Source of the DNA: Acidimicrobiia bacterium
GTDB lineage: Bacteria > Acidobacteriota > Vicinamibacteria > Vicinamibacterales > UBA2999
Assembly: GCA_016871275.1 (NCBI GenBank)
Contig: VFZG01000005.1
Span: forward strand, 55,675 to 119,674
Length of the DNA stretch: 64,000 bases
Direction: 5' to 3'
The translations under genes were made by a program, and so were the position numbers. Of this stretch, positions 17,671-27,031 are shown in pieces. The notes under the pieces were generated by a model. The model was not told where the DNA came from and searched no databases. It was given only the letters and a program-made list of their open reading frames with translations. The first letter of the stretch is position 1, and each line of letters begins with the position of its first letter.

Positions 17671-19495
17671 CCTCGTTGTCCGCTCCTCTGGCGTCGTGCT
17701 GGCGCTTGCCACCGCGGCGACGCTGGCCGCCTGCGCGACCGGCGGTTCGTTGCGCATGGCTCGCAACGCCGAGCTCTCGCAGAACTACGACGTCGCCGTC
17801 GCGGAGTACACCAAACTGCTCCGCCGCAACCCGGACAGCCGCGAGGCGCGGCAGGGACTCGAGCGCGCCAAGCTACGCGCGTCGCAGGATCATTTCACCA
17901 AGGCTCGTCACCTCGCTGCGGCGGGCAAGCTCGAGGAGGCGCTCATCGAGTACCAGCTCGCCTCAGAGCTGAACCCAGCGAACGCCGAGATCGAGCGGGA
18001 ACTTCAGGGCACGCGCTCCCAGCTGCGCACCAAGGTCGCCATCGCCGACAGCGGCAAGACCCGGCTCGAATCGCTGATTGCGCAAAGCCTCGAAGCGCCG
18101 CTGCCTGGCCTCGATCTCCCGGCAGACGCGAGGCTGCCCGACTCGGTCACCTTCCGCGACGCCCGTGCGCGCGACATCTACGCGGCCATTGGTAAGTTCA
18201 CCGACTTGAGCGTCGTCTTCGACCCGACGTTCCGCGATCAATTGGTCTCGACTGACCTCCGCGGCCAGACACTCGAGCAGGCGTTGAACACCCTTTCGCA
18301 GTCGACCCGCAATTTCTGGCGCGTGACGGGCCAGCGCACGCTGACCATCGTGCCCGACACGGCCGCGAAGCGTCGCGAGTACGAGGAAGAGATCGTGCGG
18401 ACGTTCTACCTGAGCAATGCCGATCTCAAAGAAACCATCGACATGCTCCGCATTGTCGTCGATGCGCGCCGGTTGTCGTCGATCACCAGCACCAACGCCA
18501 TCACCATCAAGGACACACCGGAGCGCGTCAAGGCGGCCGGCAAGATCATCGCCGCCATCGATAAGGCTCGCCCGGAGGTGATCATCGACGTCGAGCTGCT
18601 CGAGGTGAACCGGACGCGCCTGCACGAGTACGGCTTGCAGGTCGCGTCGGCCGGACAGCCTGGCCTCAGCGGGTCGGCCGATATCAACAACGACGGGCTG
18701 TCACTCCGCAGCCTGGCGAACCTGACCAGCGCCGACGTGCTGCTGACGTCCCTGCCGACGCTCTACTATCGCCTATTGAAAACCGACGCGGCAACGCGCA
18801 TCCTCGCGAATCCGCAGCTGCGCACAACCGAGGGCATTGCCGCGCAAGCGCGGTTCGGCGAGCGCGTGCCGGTTCCCGTTACGACCTTCGCACCGATCGC
18901 GGCCGGCGGCGTGCAGACGCAACCCATTACCTCGTTCAACTATGAGCCGATCGGCGTCAATATCGACATCACGCCGCGCATGCATCATGACGATGCGGTG
19001 TCGCTGGCACTGAAGGTGGAACTGAGCAGCATTTCAGGCAAGGGCTTCGGTGATCTGCCGACGTTCGGTAGCCGCCAGATCAACACCGTGATTCGCCTGA
19101 AGGACGGCGAGACCAACATGCTCGCCGGTTTGATCCGCGACGAAGAGCGCACTGCTCTGTCTGGTATTCCGGGGCTGAGCGATCTTCCGGTCATCGGCCG
19201 GCTGTTTGGTTACAACCGCAAGGAGACACAGGAGACGGACATCATCCTGACGCTCACGCCGCGCATTGTCCGGGTGCTGAACCTGACTGCCGCGGATTTG
19301 CAACCGTTCAAGGTGGGACGTGAGGGTGGCGCGCCGCTGACCGACATCTCCCCGCCGCTACCGCTGCCCCTGCCGCTGCCCGCCCCCGCGAAACCACCAG
19401 GCGGCGACGCCGCCTCGGAAGCCACCACACCGTCGGCGCCGATCACACCCGTCGTCGCGCCGAAGCCCGTCAAGCCGCCGGGGGGCGGCTACTAG
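17654..19495 (+). CDS. secretin-family lipoprotein with a TPR-like N-domain and a Pro-rich tail
   Basis: Lipobox ATLAAC, about 90 aa of TPR-like helices, N-domains, then secretin core motifs (GETNMLAGLIRDEE......IPGLSDLPVIGRLFG, DIILTLTPRIVR). Its start overlaps the lolA-like end by 17 nt. Confidence 0.85.
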   Translation: MTVRNSLVVRSSGVVLALATAATLAACATGGSLRMARNAELSQNYDVAVAEYTKLLRRNPDSREARQGLERAKLRASQDHFTKARHLAAAGKLEEALIEYQLASELNPANAEIERELQGTRSQLRTKVAIADSGKTRLESLIAQSLEAPLPGLDLPADARLPDSVTFRDARARDIYAAIGKFTDLSVVFDPTFRDQLVSTDLRGQTLEQALNTLSQSTRNFWRVTGQRTLTIVPDTAAKRREYEEEIVRTFYLSNADLKETIDMLRIVVDARRLSSITSTNAITIKDTPERVKAAGKIIAAIDKARPEVIIDVELLEVNRTRLHEYGLQVASAGQPGLSGSADINNDGLSLRSLANLTSADVLLTSLPTLYYRLLKTDAATRILANPQLRTTEGIAAQARFGERVPVPVTTFAPIAAGGVQTQPITSFNYEPIGVNIDITPRMHHDDAVSLALKVELSSISGKGFGDLPTFGSRQINTVIRLKDGETNMLAGLIRDEERTALSGIPGLSDLPVIGRLFGYNRKETQETDIILTLTPRIVRVLNLTAADLQPFKVGREGGAPLTDISPPLPLPLPLPAPAKPPGGDAASEATTPSAPITPVVAPKPVKPPGGGY

Positions 19496-19516
19496 GGCTT
19501 AGGGCTTAGGGGCTTC
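19493..19516. repeat. three tandem heptamers TAGGGCT / TAGGGCT / TAGGGGCT
   Basis: These fill the 24-nt convergent spacer between the secretin stop (19493-95) and the murA stop (19520-22). Confidence 0.85.
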
Positions 19517-19519
19517 CTT

Positions 19520-20773
19520 CTAGATCTTTGCGACCGCGGCGCCGAGCTTTTGCAGCCGCTCCACGACCTTGCTGTAGCCTCGTTCTACGGTTTCCAGCGG
19601 CTCGACCCTGCTCTGCCCATCCGCCGCCAATGCCGCCGCGATGAGTGCCATGCCTGACCGGATGTCGCGGCTATCGAGCGACTTGCCTCGCAGGCGACGC
19701 GGCCCCGTGACGATAATGCGGTGTGGGTCGCAGAGGAACAGGTCGGCGCCCATGCCGCTCATCTGCTCGAGGGCAAACAGCCGCAGTTCATACATCCAGT
19801 CGTGCACGAGGGTGGCGCCGTCGGCCTGCGTGGCCAGCACCGTCACCAGGCTGACCAGGTCGCTCGGGAAGCCTGGCCATAAACCGGTCGTAATTCGACC
19901 CGCGCCGATCAGTTTCGAGGCCTCGACCCGGAACACGTCGTTGTCCTGCACGCAGTTGACGCGCATCCTGGTCAGGACCGATGCGACCACTTCCATGTCG
20001 AGCGGCCGCGTGCCGCCAATCTCGACGTGGCCACCGGTGATCGCACCGACCACGGCCCAGCTGCCGGCTTCGATGTAATCGCCGTACAGCTGCTTGGAGG
20101 CCCCCCGCGGCCTGGCCATGCCCTCGACGCGGATCGTGTGCGACCCCTCCCCCGTCACGCCCACGCCCATGGCGAGCAGGAACTCACAGAGCTCAACGAC
20201 GTGCGGTTCGCACGCCGCGTGGCGGATCTCCGAGACGCCCGGCGCCGCGGCCGCGGCCAGCAGCGCAGTTTCAGTGCCTGTGACCGAGGCCTCATCGAGG
20301 TAGATCGACGCGGGCTTGAGGCCGTCGGCCGCTTCGAGGCAATGCCCGGCGCCCGGCATGCCGCGCGCGCCCATTGCGGTCAGCGCCTCGAGATGCGTCT
20401 TGATGCTGCGCCGGGCCGGAAAATCACCGCCTGGCGGCGCCACCACGGCACGTCCGCGGCGCGCCAGGAGCGGTCCGAGCAGGAGCACCGAGCCGCGGAG
20501 CCGGCCCACCAGGGCGCTGTCCGGTTCGTCCTTGGTCACATTGGCGCAGCGGATTCGCAGCGTGGTACTGCCGATGCCTTCGACTTCGGCACCGACATCG
20601 ACCAGCAGCCGCGCCATCACCTCGACGTCGGCAATGCGAGGCATGTTGCTCAGCGTGCACCACTCGTCGGTCAGCAGGCATGCGGCAATCAGCGGCAGCG
20701 CCGCGTTCTTGTTGCCTTCGACCTCGACGCGTCCTTCGATGCGGCGGCCGCCTTCAATGGTTAGGGTGGACAT
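19520..20773 (-). CDS. murA: UDP-N-acetylglucosamine 1-carboxyvinyltransferase
   Basis: 417 aa reading L.IEGG..L.G.V.V.GNKNAALPLIAA.LL. Confidence 0.95.
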   Translation of the reverse strand: MSTLTIEGGRRIEGRVEVEGNKNAALPLIAACLLTDEWCTLSNMPRIADVEVMARLLVDVGAEVEGIGSTTLRIRCANVTKDEPDSALVGRLRGSVLLLGPLLARRGRAVVAPPGGDFPARRSIKTHLEALTAMGARGMPGAGHCLEAADGLKPASIYLDEASVTGTETALLAAAAAPGVSEIRHAACEPHVVELCEFLLAMGVGVTGEGSHTIRVEGMARPRGASKQLYGDYIEAGSWAVVGAITGGHVEIGGTRPLDMEVVASVLTRMRVNCVQDNDVFRVEASKLIGAGRITTGLWPGFPSDLVSLVTVLATQADGATLVHDWMYELRLFALEQMSGMGADLFLCDPHRIIVTGPRRLRGKSLDSRDIRSGMALIAAALAADGQSRVEPLETVERGYSKVVERLQKLGAAVAKI

Positions 20774-20796
20774 GTTCAGGGATCAGGGACCGGGGA

Positions 20797-21744
20797 TCAG
20801 GGTTTGGCGAAATCGCCCAACGAGATGATCTCATCTCGAAGGCTCACGCCGAATTGATCTTTCACCGCGGCCCGGCAACGCTCAACGAGGGCGTGGATGT
20901 CGGTGGCTCTGGCTGAGCCGTCGTTGACGATGAAGTTGGCGTGCGTCGGCGACACGCGCGCACCGCCGAGCGCCGCGCCTTTGAGCCCGGCGCGATCGAC
21001 CAGCGCTCCGGCCGACGGCGGAATGCCGTCGGGAACGCGGTCGCGGATCGGGTCGGGGTTCATGAAAATGCAGCCGGCGCTGGGTGACTCCAGCGGCTGT
21101 GTGCGCTTCCGGAACGCGAGCGACTCGCGCGCCACGGCGCGAAGGGCCGCCGGATCGGCGCCCGACGCGACCCGGAGCGCCGCCCACACCACGACCTCGC
21201 GGGTGTGCTTGAGCCGGCTGTAGTCGTAGTCAAACTCCATGCGGTCGGCGGGCGCCTGCAGCAGTGTGCCGTCCGGCTTCACCAGCCGCACACTCTCCAC
21301 GAGGTCGCCGATGTTGACCTTCTTCCAGTGCGCGTTTCCGTAAATAGCGCCGCCAACCGTGCCGGGAGTCCCGGCCCACGCCCCGAGCCCGGCCAATCCG
21401 CGGTTGATGGTCCATCGCACCAGCTGGTTGATCGTCACCGCGGCGTCGGCGCGCACCAGCCGCTCGCCCACCGGCGTGAGGGTGCCGCGGCGCGGTCGAA
21501 TCACCAGTCCGCGAATGCCGGCATCCGCAATCAACACGTTCGAGCCGCCGCCAAGCATCGTCACGCGGACGCCGGCCGAATGTGCCAGCGTGATCGCCTG
21601 CACCAGCTCGTCGCCGCTCACGGTCTCGAGCAGCAGATCTGCGGGCCCGCCGACCTTGAAGGTGGTCAGCGGCCCCAGCGGCGCGTCGCGTATGACCCGA
21701 CCCGCCCCGAACGCACGGTCAAGTACCTGCGCGAAGTCGATCAC
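20797..21744 (-). CDS. murB: UDP-N-acetylenolpyruvoylglucosamine reductase
   Basis: PL...TTFKVGGPADLL, GGGSNVL and a C-terminal HANFIVN motif. The GTG at 21744 forms a GTGA overlap with the pxpC stop. Confidence 0.88.
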   Translation of the reverse strand: MIDFAQVLDRAFGAGRVIRDAPLGPLTTFKVGGPADLLLETVSGDELVQAITLAHSAGVRVTMLGGGSNVLIADAGIRGLVIRPRRGTLTPVGERLVRADAAVTINQLVRWTINRGLAGLGAWAGTPGTVGGAIYGNAHWKKVNIGDLVESVRLVKPDGTLLQAPADRMEFDYDYSRLKHTREVVVWAALRVASGADPAALRAVARESLAFRKRTQPLESPSAGCIFMNPDPIRDRVPDGIPPSAGALVDRAGLKGAALGGARVSPTHANFIVNDGSARATDIHALVERCRAAVKDQFGVSLRDEIISLGDFAKP

Positions 21745-22697
21745 ACCTGACCCTTCAGATCCGCGAAGCGCAGTAACTGGCGCTCCCGGGCAATCAACGC
21801 GGCAACCGCCTCCTGCGCCGTGCACAGGTGAAACTCAATGAAGTCCCCAGGCGCGAGCTGCCCGGCCAAAGGCAGGTCCGCGGAAATGACGTAACCGATC
21901 TTCGGATATCCGCCCGCGGTCTGCCGGTCGGCCATCAGCAGAATCGGCTCGCCCGCCGACGGCACCTGGATCGCGCCGAGGCCGAGAGGCTCCGAGATCA
22001 ACTCGGTGGCGTTTGTTCTCGCCAGGGGCGGGCCCTGCAGCCGATACCCCATGCGGTTCGACTGTGGCGCGATGCGAAAGCTGACACCGCCAATCGTCTT
22101 CAACGCGTCGGCCTCGAACCAGTCGGCCTGTGGCCCGGGCATGACGCGCAGCAGCGCACGGTGTTTCGACGGCAGCGTCAGCCCCTGCGCCTTTCTCAGG
22201 GGGCGCATCGCGTGATCGGCACAAATCGGGATCACGTCGCCAGCGGCCAGCGCACGGCCTTGATGGCCGCCCATCCGGCTTACGAGATGCGTGGCACGGC
22301 TGCCCAGCACTGGCGCGGTCTGCACCCCGCCGGCCACGGCGAGATACGCCCTGGCGCCTTCCACCAGGCGTCCGAACTTCAGGCGCTGGCCTGTCAAGAC
22401 GTGGAACGACGCGCCGACGCTCACCGGCCGATCGTCACACGACACCTCGAACTGCGCGCCGGCGATGGCCATCGTGGTGTTCGCATGGACGATGAGCTCG
22501 GGGCCAATCAGTGTGATCTCGATCGTGGCCGCATCCGGTTCGTTGCCGGCCAGCAGGTTGGCGAGGCGATGCGAAAAGGTGTCCATCGGACCCGCGACCG
22601 GAACCCCCGACGGCTGATGCCCGTACCGGCCGAGATCCTGGATCGAGGTCAGGAGTCCGGGCTTGACGATCTGCAGCGATCCGATCTGCATCAGCAC
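21741..22697 (-). CDS. pxpC: 5-oxoprolinase subunit C / KipA-type carboxyltransferase-family protein
   Basis: L.IVKPGLLTSIQDLGR.G....GV...GPMD......AN.L.GN. Confidence 0.85.
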   Translation of the reverse strand: MLMQIGSLQIVKPGLLTSIQDLGRYGHQPSGVPVAGPMDTFSHRLANLLAGNEPDAATIEITLIGPELIVHANTTMAIAGAQFEVSCDDRPVSVGASFHVLTGQRLKFGRLVEGARAYLAVAGGVQTAPVLGSRATHLVSRMGGHQGRALAAGDVIPICADHAMRPLRKAQGLTLPSKHRALLRVMPGPQADWFEADALKTIGGVSFRIAPQSNRMGYRLQGPPLARTNATELISEPLGLGAIQVPSAGEPILLMADRQTAGGYPKIGYVISADLPLAGQLAPGDFIEFHLCTAQEAVAALIARERQLLRFADLKGQV

Positions 22698-23344
22698 TCC
22701 TTCGCGGGCACGAAGCGGACCAGGTCGCCGGCCGTCAGCAAACTGGGTGTCTCACGACGCGCGTCGAACATCACCGTGGTGGTGCGACCGATCAACTGCC
22801 AGCCGCCGGGACTGTCCACGGGGTACACGCCGGTCTGTTGCCCGGCGATGCCGACCGAGCCCGCCGGGACACGCTCCCGCGGTACTCGATGCCGCGGCGC
22901 CGCGATTGACTCATCGACGCGCCCCATGTAGGCAAACCCCGGCACGAACCCCAGCATGTAGACCCGATAGGCGCGCTGCGCGTGGCGCGCGATCACTTCG
23001 TCGACACTGATGCCGGCCAGCCGTGCCACGTTCTCGAGATCGGGCCCGTCGAGGCCGCCGTAGCACACCGGAATCTCGATCGGCGTTCTGTCGTCGATGG
23101 TGTCAAGCGAGGCCAGTGTCCCGAACTCCGTTTCGATCGCGCGCTCGAGGGCAGCGAGGTCCGTCTGTAGTGGATCGAAGTGAACGCCGACCGTCGAGTA
23201 GCCCGGCGCCACGTCCCGCACGCCGGCCGCGCCGCGGCCGCGGATTCTCGCCGCGAGCTGAATGGCGCGCTCGTTGATCACGGGATCGATCACCGCATCG
23301 AGCTCGACCAGCAGCATGGAATCGCCGCAGTGCCGGATCCTCAT
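22691..23344 (-). CDS. pxpB: 5-oxoprolinase subunit B / KipI-family protein
   Basis: R.CGDSMLLVEL and a C-terminal GF.PGFAY.G........PR...PR..VPAGSVGIAG.QTGVYP. Confidence 0.85.
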   Translation of the reverse strand: MRIRHCGDSMLLVELDAVIDPVINERAIQLAARIRGRGAAGVRDVAPGYSTVGVHFDPLQTDLAALERAIETEFGTLASLDTIDDRTPIEIPVCYGGLDGPDLENVARLAGISVDEVIARHAQRAYRVYMLGFVPGFAYMGRVDESIAAPRHRVPRERVPAGSVGIAGQQTGVYPVDSPGGWQLIGRTTTVMFDARRETPSLLTAGDLVRFVPAKEC

Positions 23345-23386
23345 CAGGCGAGCCTCCGCTCACGCTCCGCATATCTCATTAACCCT

Positions 23387-24838
23387 TCACCCCAGAGCCG
23401 CCAGCAACTTCTTATGGATGCCGCCGAACCCGCCGTTCGACATGATGACGATCACATCTCCTGCGCGCGCTTCCGTAGACACCGCCTTCACGATGGTGTC
23501 GACGTCCGGCAGATGGCGCGCGTGGACGCGCTGATCGGTTAGATCGTCCACGAGTGTCTGCTCCGAGAGGCGCTCTGCAGGCGGCAGGCTCGATCGGAAG
23601 ATCGATGCGATGACGACTTCATCCGCACCCGACAACGCACGGGCGAAGTCCGCCTGAAACACGCTGCGGCACGACGAGGCTGAGCGCGGCTCGAAGATTG
23701 CCCAGATGCGCGTGCCAGGCGATGCACGCCTGACCGCTTTCAGTGTCTCGTCGACAGCTGTCGGATGGTGCGCGAAATCGTCATAGACGGTGATTCCCCT
23801 GCTCGTGCCGACCACTTCCAGCCTGCGCTTCACGCCCTTGAAGTCCGCAAGCCCCGACCGCAGCCGCTCGACGTCCAGTCCGATATCCACGCCGACGGCA
23901 ACCGCCGCCAGGGCGTTGCGGACGTTGTGATCGCCCAGCAGCGGCATCGAGAATTCGCCCAGGTCCTGTGTGCCGCGCAGCACGCGGAAGCAGGTGCCAT
24001 CGTCGGTGCGCACATCGGTTGCCCGCCAGTCGGCTTCAGGAGAGAGGCCGAAGGTGTGAACGCGGCTGCGCGCCGCCTGCCGGAGGCCGGCGGCATCCGG
24101 ACTGTCAATACCGAGCAGCGTCAATCCTTTACTCGGGACCAGGTTGACCAGCCGTCGAAATGCCAACCGCACTTCATCGATGTCGGCATAGATATCGGCG
24201 TGGTCAAACTCGATGTTGTTGATGACGGCGATGTCGGGCAGGTACTTCAGGAATTTCGCCGTCTTGTCGAAGTAGGCGCTGTCGTACTCATCACCCTCGA
24301 TGACGAACGCCCTGCCCTTGCCGATGCGATAGCTCGCCCCTTCAGCGCCGAAGTTCCTCGCAATGCCGCCAACCAGCACCGTTGGATCGGCACCAGCGGC
24401 AGTCAGCAACCAGCCTGTCAGTGATGTCGTGGTGGTCTTGCCGTGCGTGCCGGCGATGACGATCGAGTGTGCGTTCCACAGCCACTGGTCGCGGATGGTC
24501 TCCGCCATCGACGCATAGCGCAGGTCGCGGTCGAGCACCGCTTCAAGTTCCGGATTGCCGCGCGAGATTGCGTTACCAACCACGACCAGATCCGGCTGGG
24601 GCTCGAGGTGCTCCGGACGATATCCCTCCCGCACGTGAATGCGCTCGGCGGCCAGGAAATCGCTCATCGGCGGATAGACGTGTTGGTCCGATCCGCTGAC
24701 GTCATGCCCTTTCTGCTTCAACATCGCCGCCAGCGTGGCCATGGCCGTGCCCGCGACCCCGATTAAATGAATACGAGACACTCTGAAAGGAGCATTGTAC
24801 TGTGGCGCTCGCGATCGCTGCCGTATAGACAGAGCCAC
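23387..24838 (-). CDS. mpl: UDP-N-acetylmuramate:L-Ala-gamma-D-Glu-meso-DAP ligase (Mpl)
   Basis: IHLIGVAGTAMATLA..L...GH.V.GSD..VYPPMS..L, which resembles Mpl more than MurC. Mur-ligase central and C-terminal domains are present. Confidence 0.8.
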   Translation of the reverse strand: MALSIRQRSRAPQYNAPFRVSRIHLIGVAGTAMATLAAMLKQKGHDVSGSDQHVYPPMSDFLAAERIHVREGYRPEHLEPQPDLVVVGNAISRGNPELEAVLDRDLRYASMAETIRDQWLWNAHSIVIAGTHGKTTTTSLTGWLLTAAGADPTVLVGGIARNFGAEGASYRIGKGRAFVIEGDEYDSAYFDKTAKFLKYLPDIAVINNIEFDHADIYADIDEVRLAFRRLVNLVPSKGLTLLGIDSPDAAGLRQAARSRVHTFGLSPEADWRATDVRTDDGTCFRVLRGTQDLGEFSMPLLGDHNVRNALAAVAVGVDIGLDVERLRSGLADFKGVKRRLEVVGTSRGITVYDDFAHHPTAVDETLKAVRRASPGTRIWAIFEPRSASSCRSVFQADFARALSGADEVVIASIFRSSLPPAERLSEQTLVDDLTDQRVHARHLPDVDTIVKAVSTEARAGDVIVIMSNGGFGGIHKKLLAALG

Positions 24839-25307
24839 GGTTTCGACAGGTCGCGAGCTGTCGCCAGGCAGGTCCGTCGCGAGTGTCTCGTCACGACGGC
24901 AGGTTCACCCTCCGCAGCAGGTTCGGTCAGAGAGGCGAACGGTCGCGGAACCGCTGATTCGCACGGATGAAGCCAACCAACCAGGCGAGCGCGGCGCCAA
25001 GGCCTGACTCGTACGGCGACTTGAAGTCGCCAAAATGTTGGACACACGCCCGGGCGTCGTCCAGGTACCCTCGAACCGCGAGATGCAGCCCCAGCGACGC
25101 CCGTCCCATGCGGAACCCGGCATCGAGTTCGCAGGCGCGCTCGAGAGCGGCACGCGCCTCGTCATCCCGCCCCTGGGCCGCATGCCATTTGTTATTGTCA
25201 TCGCCATGCTCGATTTAGTGATCGTCCGCAATCTCGACGTCCTCAGGGCCCGCCGAAGTCCAACGAAAACAGATGCGCCACTGGTCGTTGATCCGTAAGA
25301 TCTGCCA

Positions 25308-26999
25308 ATGCTGGACCGTCGCGCACTGCTCGCTTTTTTCGCTACCACCGGCCTCGGCTCAACCCTGTTGCCCGGCGTCTTGTGGGCACAGATGCAGCCC
25401 GGCACTAAGCAGGTCACGCTGGAAATGGTCCGCGAATCCGCCCGGTTGGCCGGGCTCGAATGGACGGACGAGGAGTGCCAGGACCTGGTGGATTCGCTGT
25501 CGAGTCTCGCGCGCGGCGCGGAAGGCATCGACAAGCCGAACCTGACCAACGCCTCGCCGCTGCCACTCCATTTCGATCCCCACCCACCGGGCACCGCGCC
25601 TCGATCGCTGCCGGCGGCGGGTTTCCGTCCCTCGCCGGCGCCGCGCATCCAGCGCCCGCAGAACCTTGAAGCCGCTGCCTTCTGGCCGCTGACGCACCTG
25701 GCCCGGCTGCTCCAGTCTCGACAAGTCACCGCCGTCGAGTTGACGACGATGTATCTCGCGAGGCTGAAACGTTACAACAGCCAACTGAACTGCGTCGTCC
25801 AGGTGACCGAGGAGAGGGCGCTGGCCGAAGCCGCAGCGGCCGACACCGCGATCGCGGCAGGCAAGTATCGCGGCGTGCTGCACGGCATTCCCTATGGCGT
25901 CAAAGACATCGTCGCCGCCAGCGGCTACCCCACGCGCTGGGGCGCGCCGCCACTGGAGCGGCAGACGTTCGACCACGATGCCACCGTCATAGCGCGACTG
26001 CACCAGGCCGGGGCCGTGCTGGTGGCGAAACTCACGACGGGTGAGTTGGCGTTTGGCGATCAGTGGGCCGGCGGGCGCACCAACAACCCGTGGAATCCGT
26101 CGGAGGGATCGAGCGGGTCGTCCGCGGGATCGGGTGCGGCCACCGCGGCCGGCCTGGTGGCGTTCGCCATCGGCACCGACACCGGCGGCTCCATTCTCTC
26201 CCCCGCTGTCCGCTGTGGCATTGTCGGCCTTCGGCCCACCTTTGGCCGCGTCAGCCGCTACGGCGTGATGGCAGCCGGCACCACGCTCGACAAGATTGGT
26301 CCAATGTGCCGGCACGCGGAAGACTGCGCCATCGTGTTGCGCGCCATTGCGGGCGCCGATCACCGCGATCTGGCGGTGCGGGATGCGCCGGTCACGTGGG
26401 ACGCGACTCGCGGACGCCATCCCAAGCGCATCGGCTACGTGCCGGCGATGCTTGAAGCAGAGACGGATGCCGACCAGCGCGCCAACAACGGCCGAGCGCT
26501 CACCATGCTCGAGCAACTGGGGTGCACCGTGCAGCCATTGACCTTCCCCAGCGGCGACCTCAGCTACTTCATTGAGTACGTGGAACGTGCGGCCGCGTTC
26601 GATAGCCTGACTCGCTCGGGACAGCACAAGGGCCTGCGGCCTCGCACCAGCCGATACCTGCGCGCGTGCCAGTTGGTGACGGCGGTCGATTACCTGCAGG
26701 CCAATCGGCGGCGCGCCGCAATCATGCAGGAGGTCGGGCGCGCCATGGATGCGGTTGACGCCGTGATGTTTACGTCGCTGACGCTTGACTCGCGTACCAG
26801 TCTGAATCCGGTGATGAGCCTGACCGGACATCCCTCGATCGCCGTGCCCAACGGCATCAAGTCGAACGGATCGCCGGCCGGCGTGATGTTCTCCGGCCAC
26901 TTGTATCGGGAGGGCGACTTGATCGCCCTGGCGAAGGCGTGGCAAGAGCGCTCGGCGGCCGGGGTCCAGCACCCGCCGCTATTCGCGGTCAAGGGGTAA
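25308..26999 (+). CDS. amidase-signature (AS) family amidase with a Tat-type signal peptide
   Basis: N-terminus MLDRRALLAFFATTGLGSTLLPGVLWAQ and AS motif GGSSGSSAGSGAATAAGLVAFAIGTDTGGSILSPA. Confidence 0.85.
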   Translation: MLDRRALLAFFATTGLGSTLLPGVLWAQMQPGTKQVTLEMVRESARLAGLEWTDEECQDLVDSLSSLARGAEGIDKPNLTNASPLPLHFDPHPPGTAPRSLPAAGFRPSPAPRIQRPQNLEAAAFWPLTHLARLLQSRQVTAVELTTMYLARLKRYNSQLNCVVQVTEERALAEAAAADTAIAAGKYRGVLHGIPYGVKDIVAASGYPTRWGAPPLERQTFDHDATVIARLHQAGAVLVAKLTTGELAFGDQWAGGRTNNPWNPSEGSSGSSAGSGAATAAGLVAFAIGTDTGGSILSPAVRCGIVGLRPTFGRVSRYGVMAAGTTLDKIGPMCRHAEDCAIVLRAIAGADHRDLAVRDAPVTWDATRGRHPKRIGYVPAMLEAETDADQRANNGRALTMLEQLGCTVQPLTFPSGDLSYFIEYVERAAAFDSLTRSGQHKGLRPRTSRYLRACQLVTAVDYLQANRRRAAIMQEVGRAMDAVDAVMFTSLTLDSRTSLNPVMSLTGHPSIAVPNGIKSNGSPAGVMFSGHLYREGDLIALAKAWQERSAAGVQHPPLFAVKG

Positions 27000-27031
27000 G
27001 CGACAGAGACACGAGGCGAAAGGCTTGTTGG

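Noticed and set aside
24905-25729. A 274-aa minus-strand ORF spanning the mpl-amidase gap and the amidase 5' end.
   Set aside because: It is a Ser/Arg/Gly-rich low-complexity translation that overlaps the Tat signal and N-terminus of the amidase on the other strand. It shows no family resemblance.
25359-26972. A 537-aa ORF antisense to the amidase gene. Similar long antisense or out-of-frame ORFs occur elsewhere: 11394-12299, 13081-14004, 14400-15341, 38875-40473, 41572-43095, 50822-53023, 51789-53429, 53560-55188 and 56419-58026.
   Set aside because: Each lies opposite or out of frame to a gene with unmistakable family motifs, such as the amidase, rpsB, pyrH, thrC, ribBA, ftsY/gpsA, the NtrY-like kinase and groEL. 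Their translations are Arg/Gly/Ala/Pro/His-rich low-complexity strings. This is typical of stop-codon-poor alternative frames in high-GC DNA.
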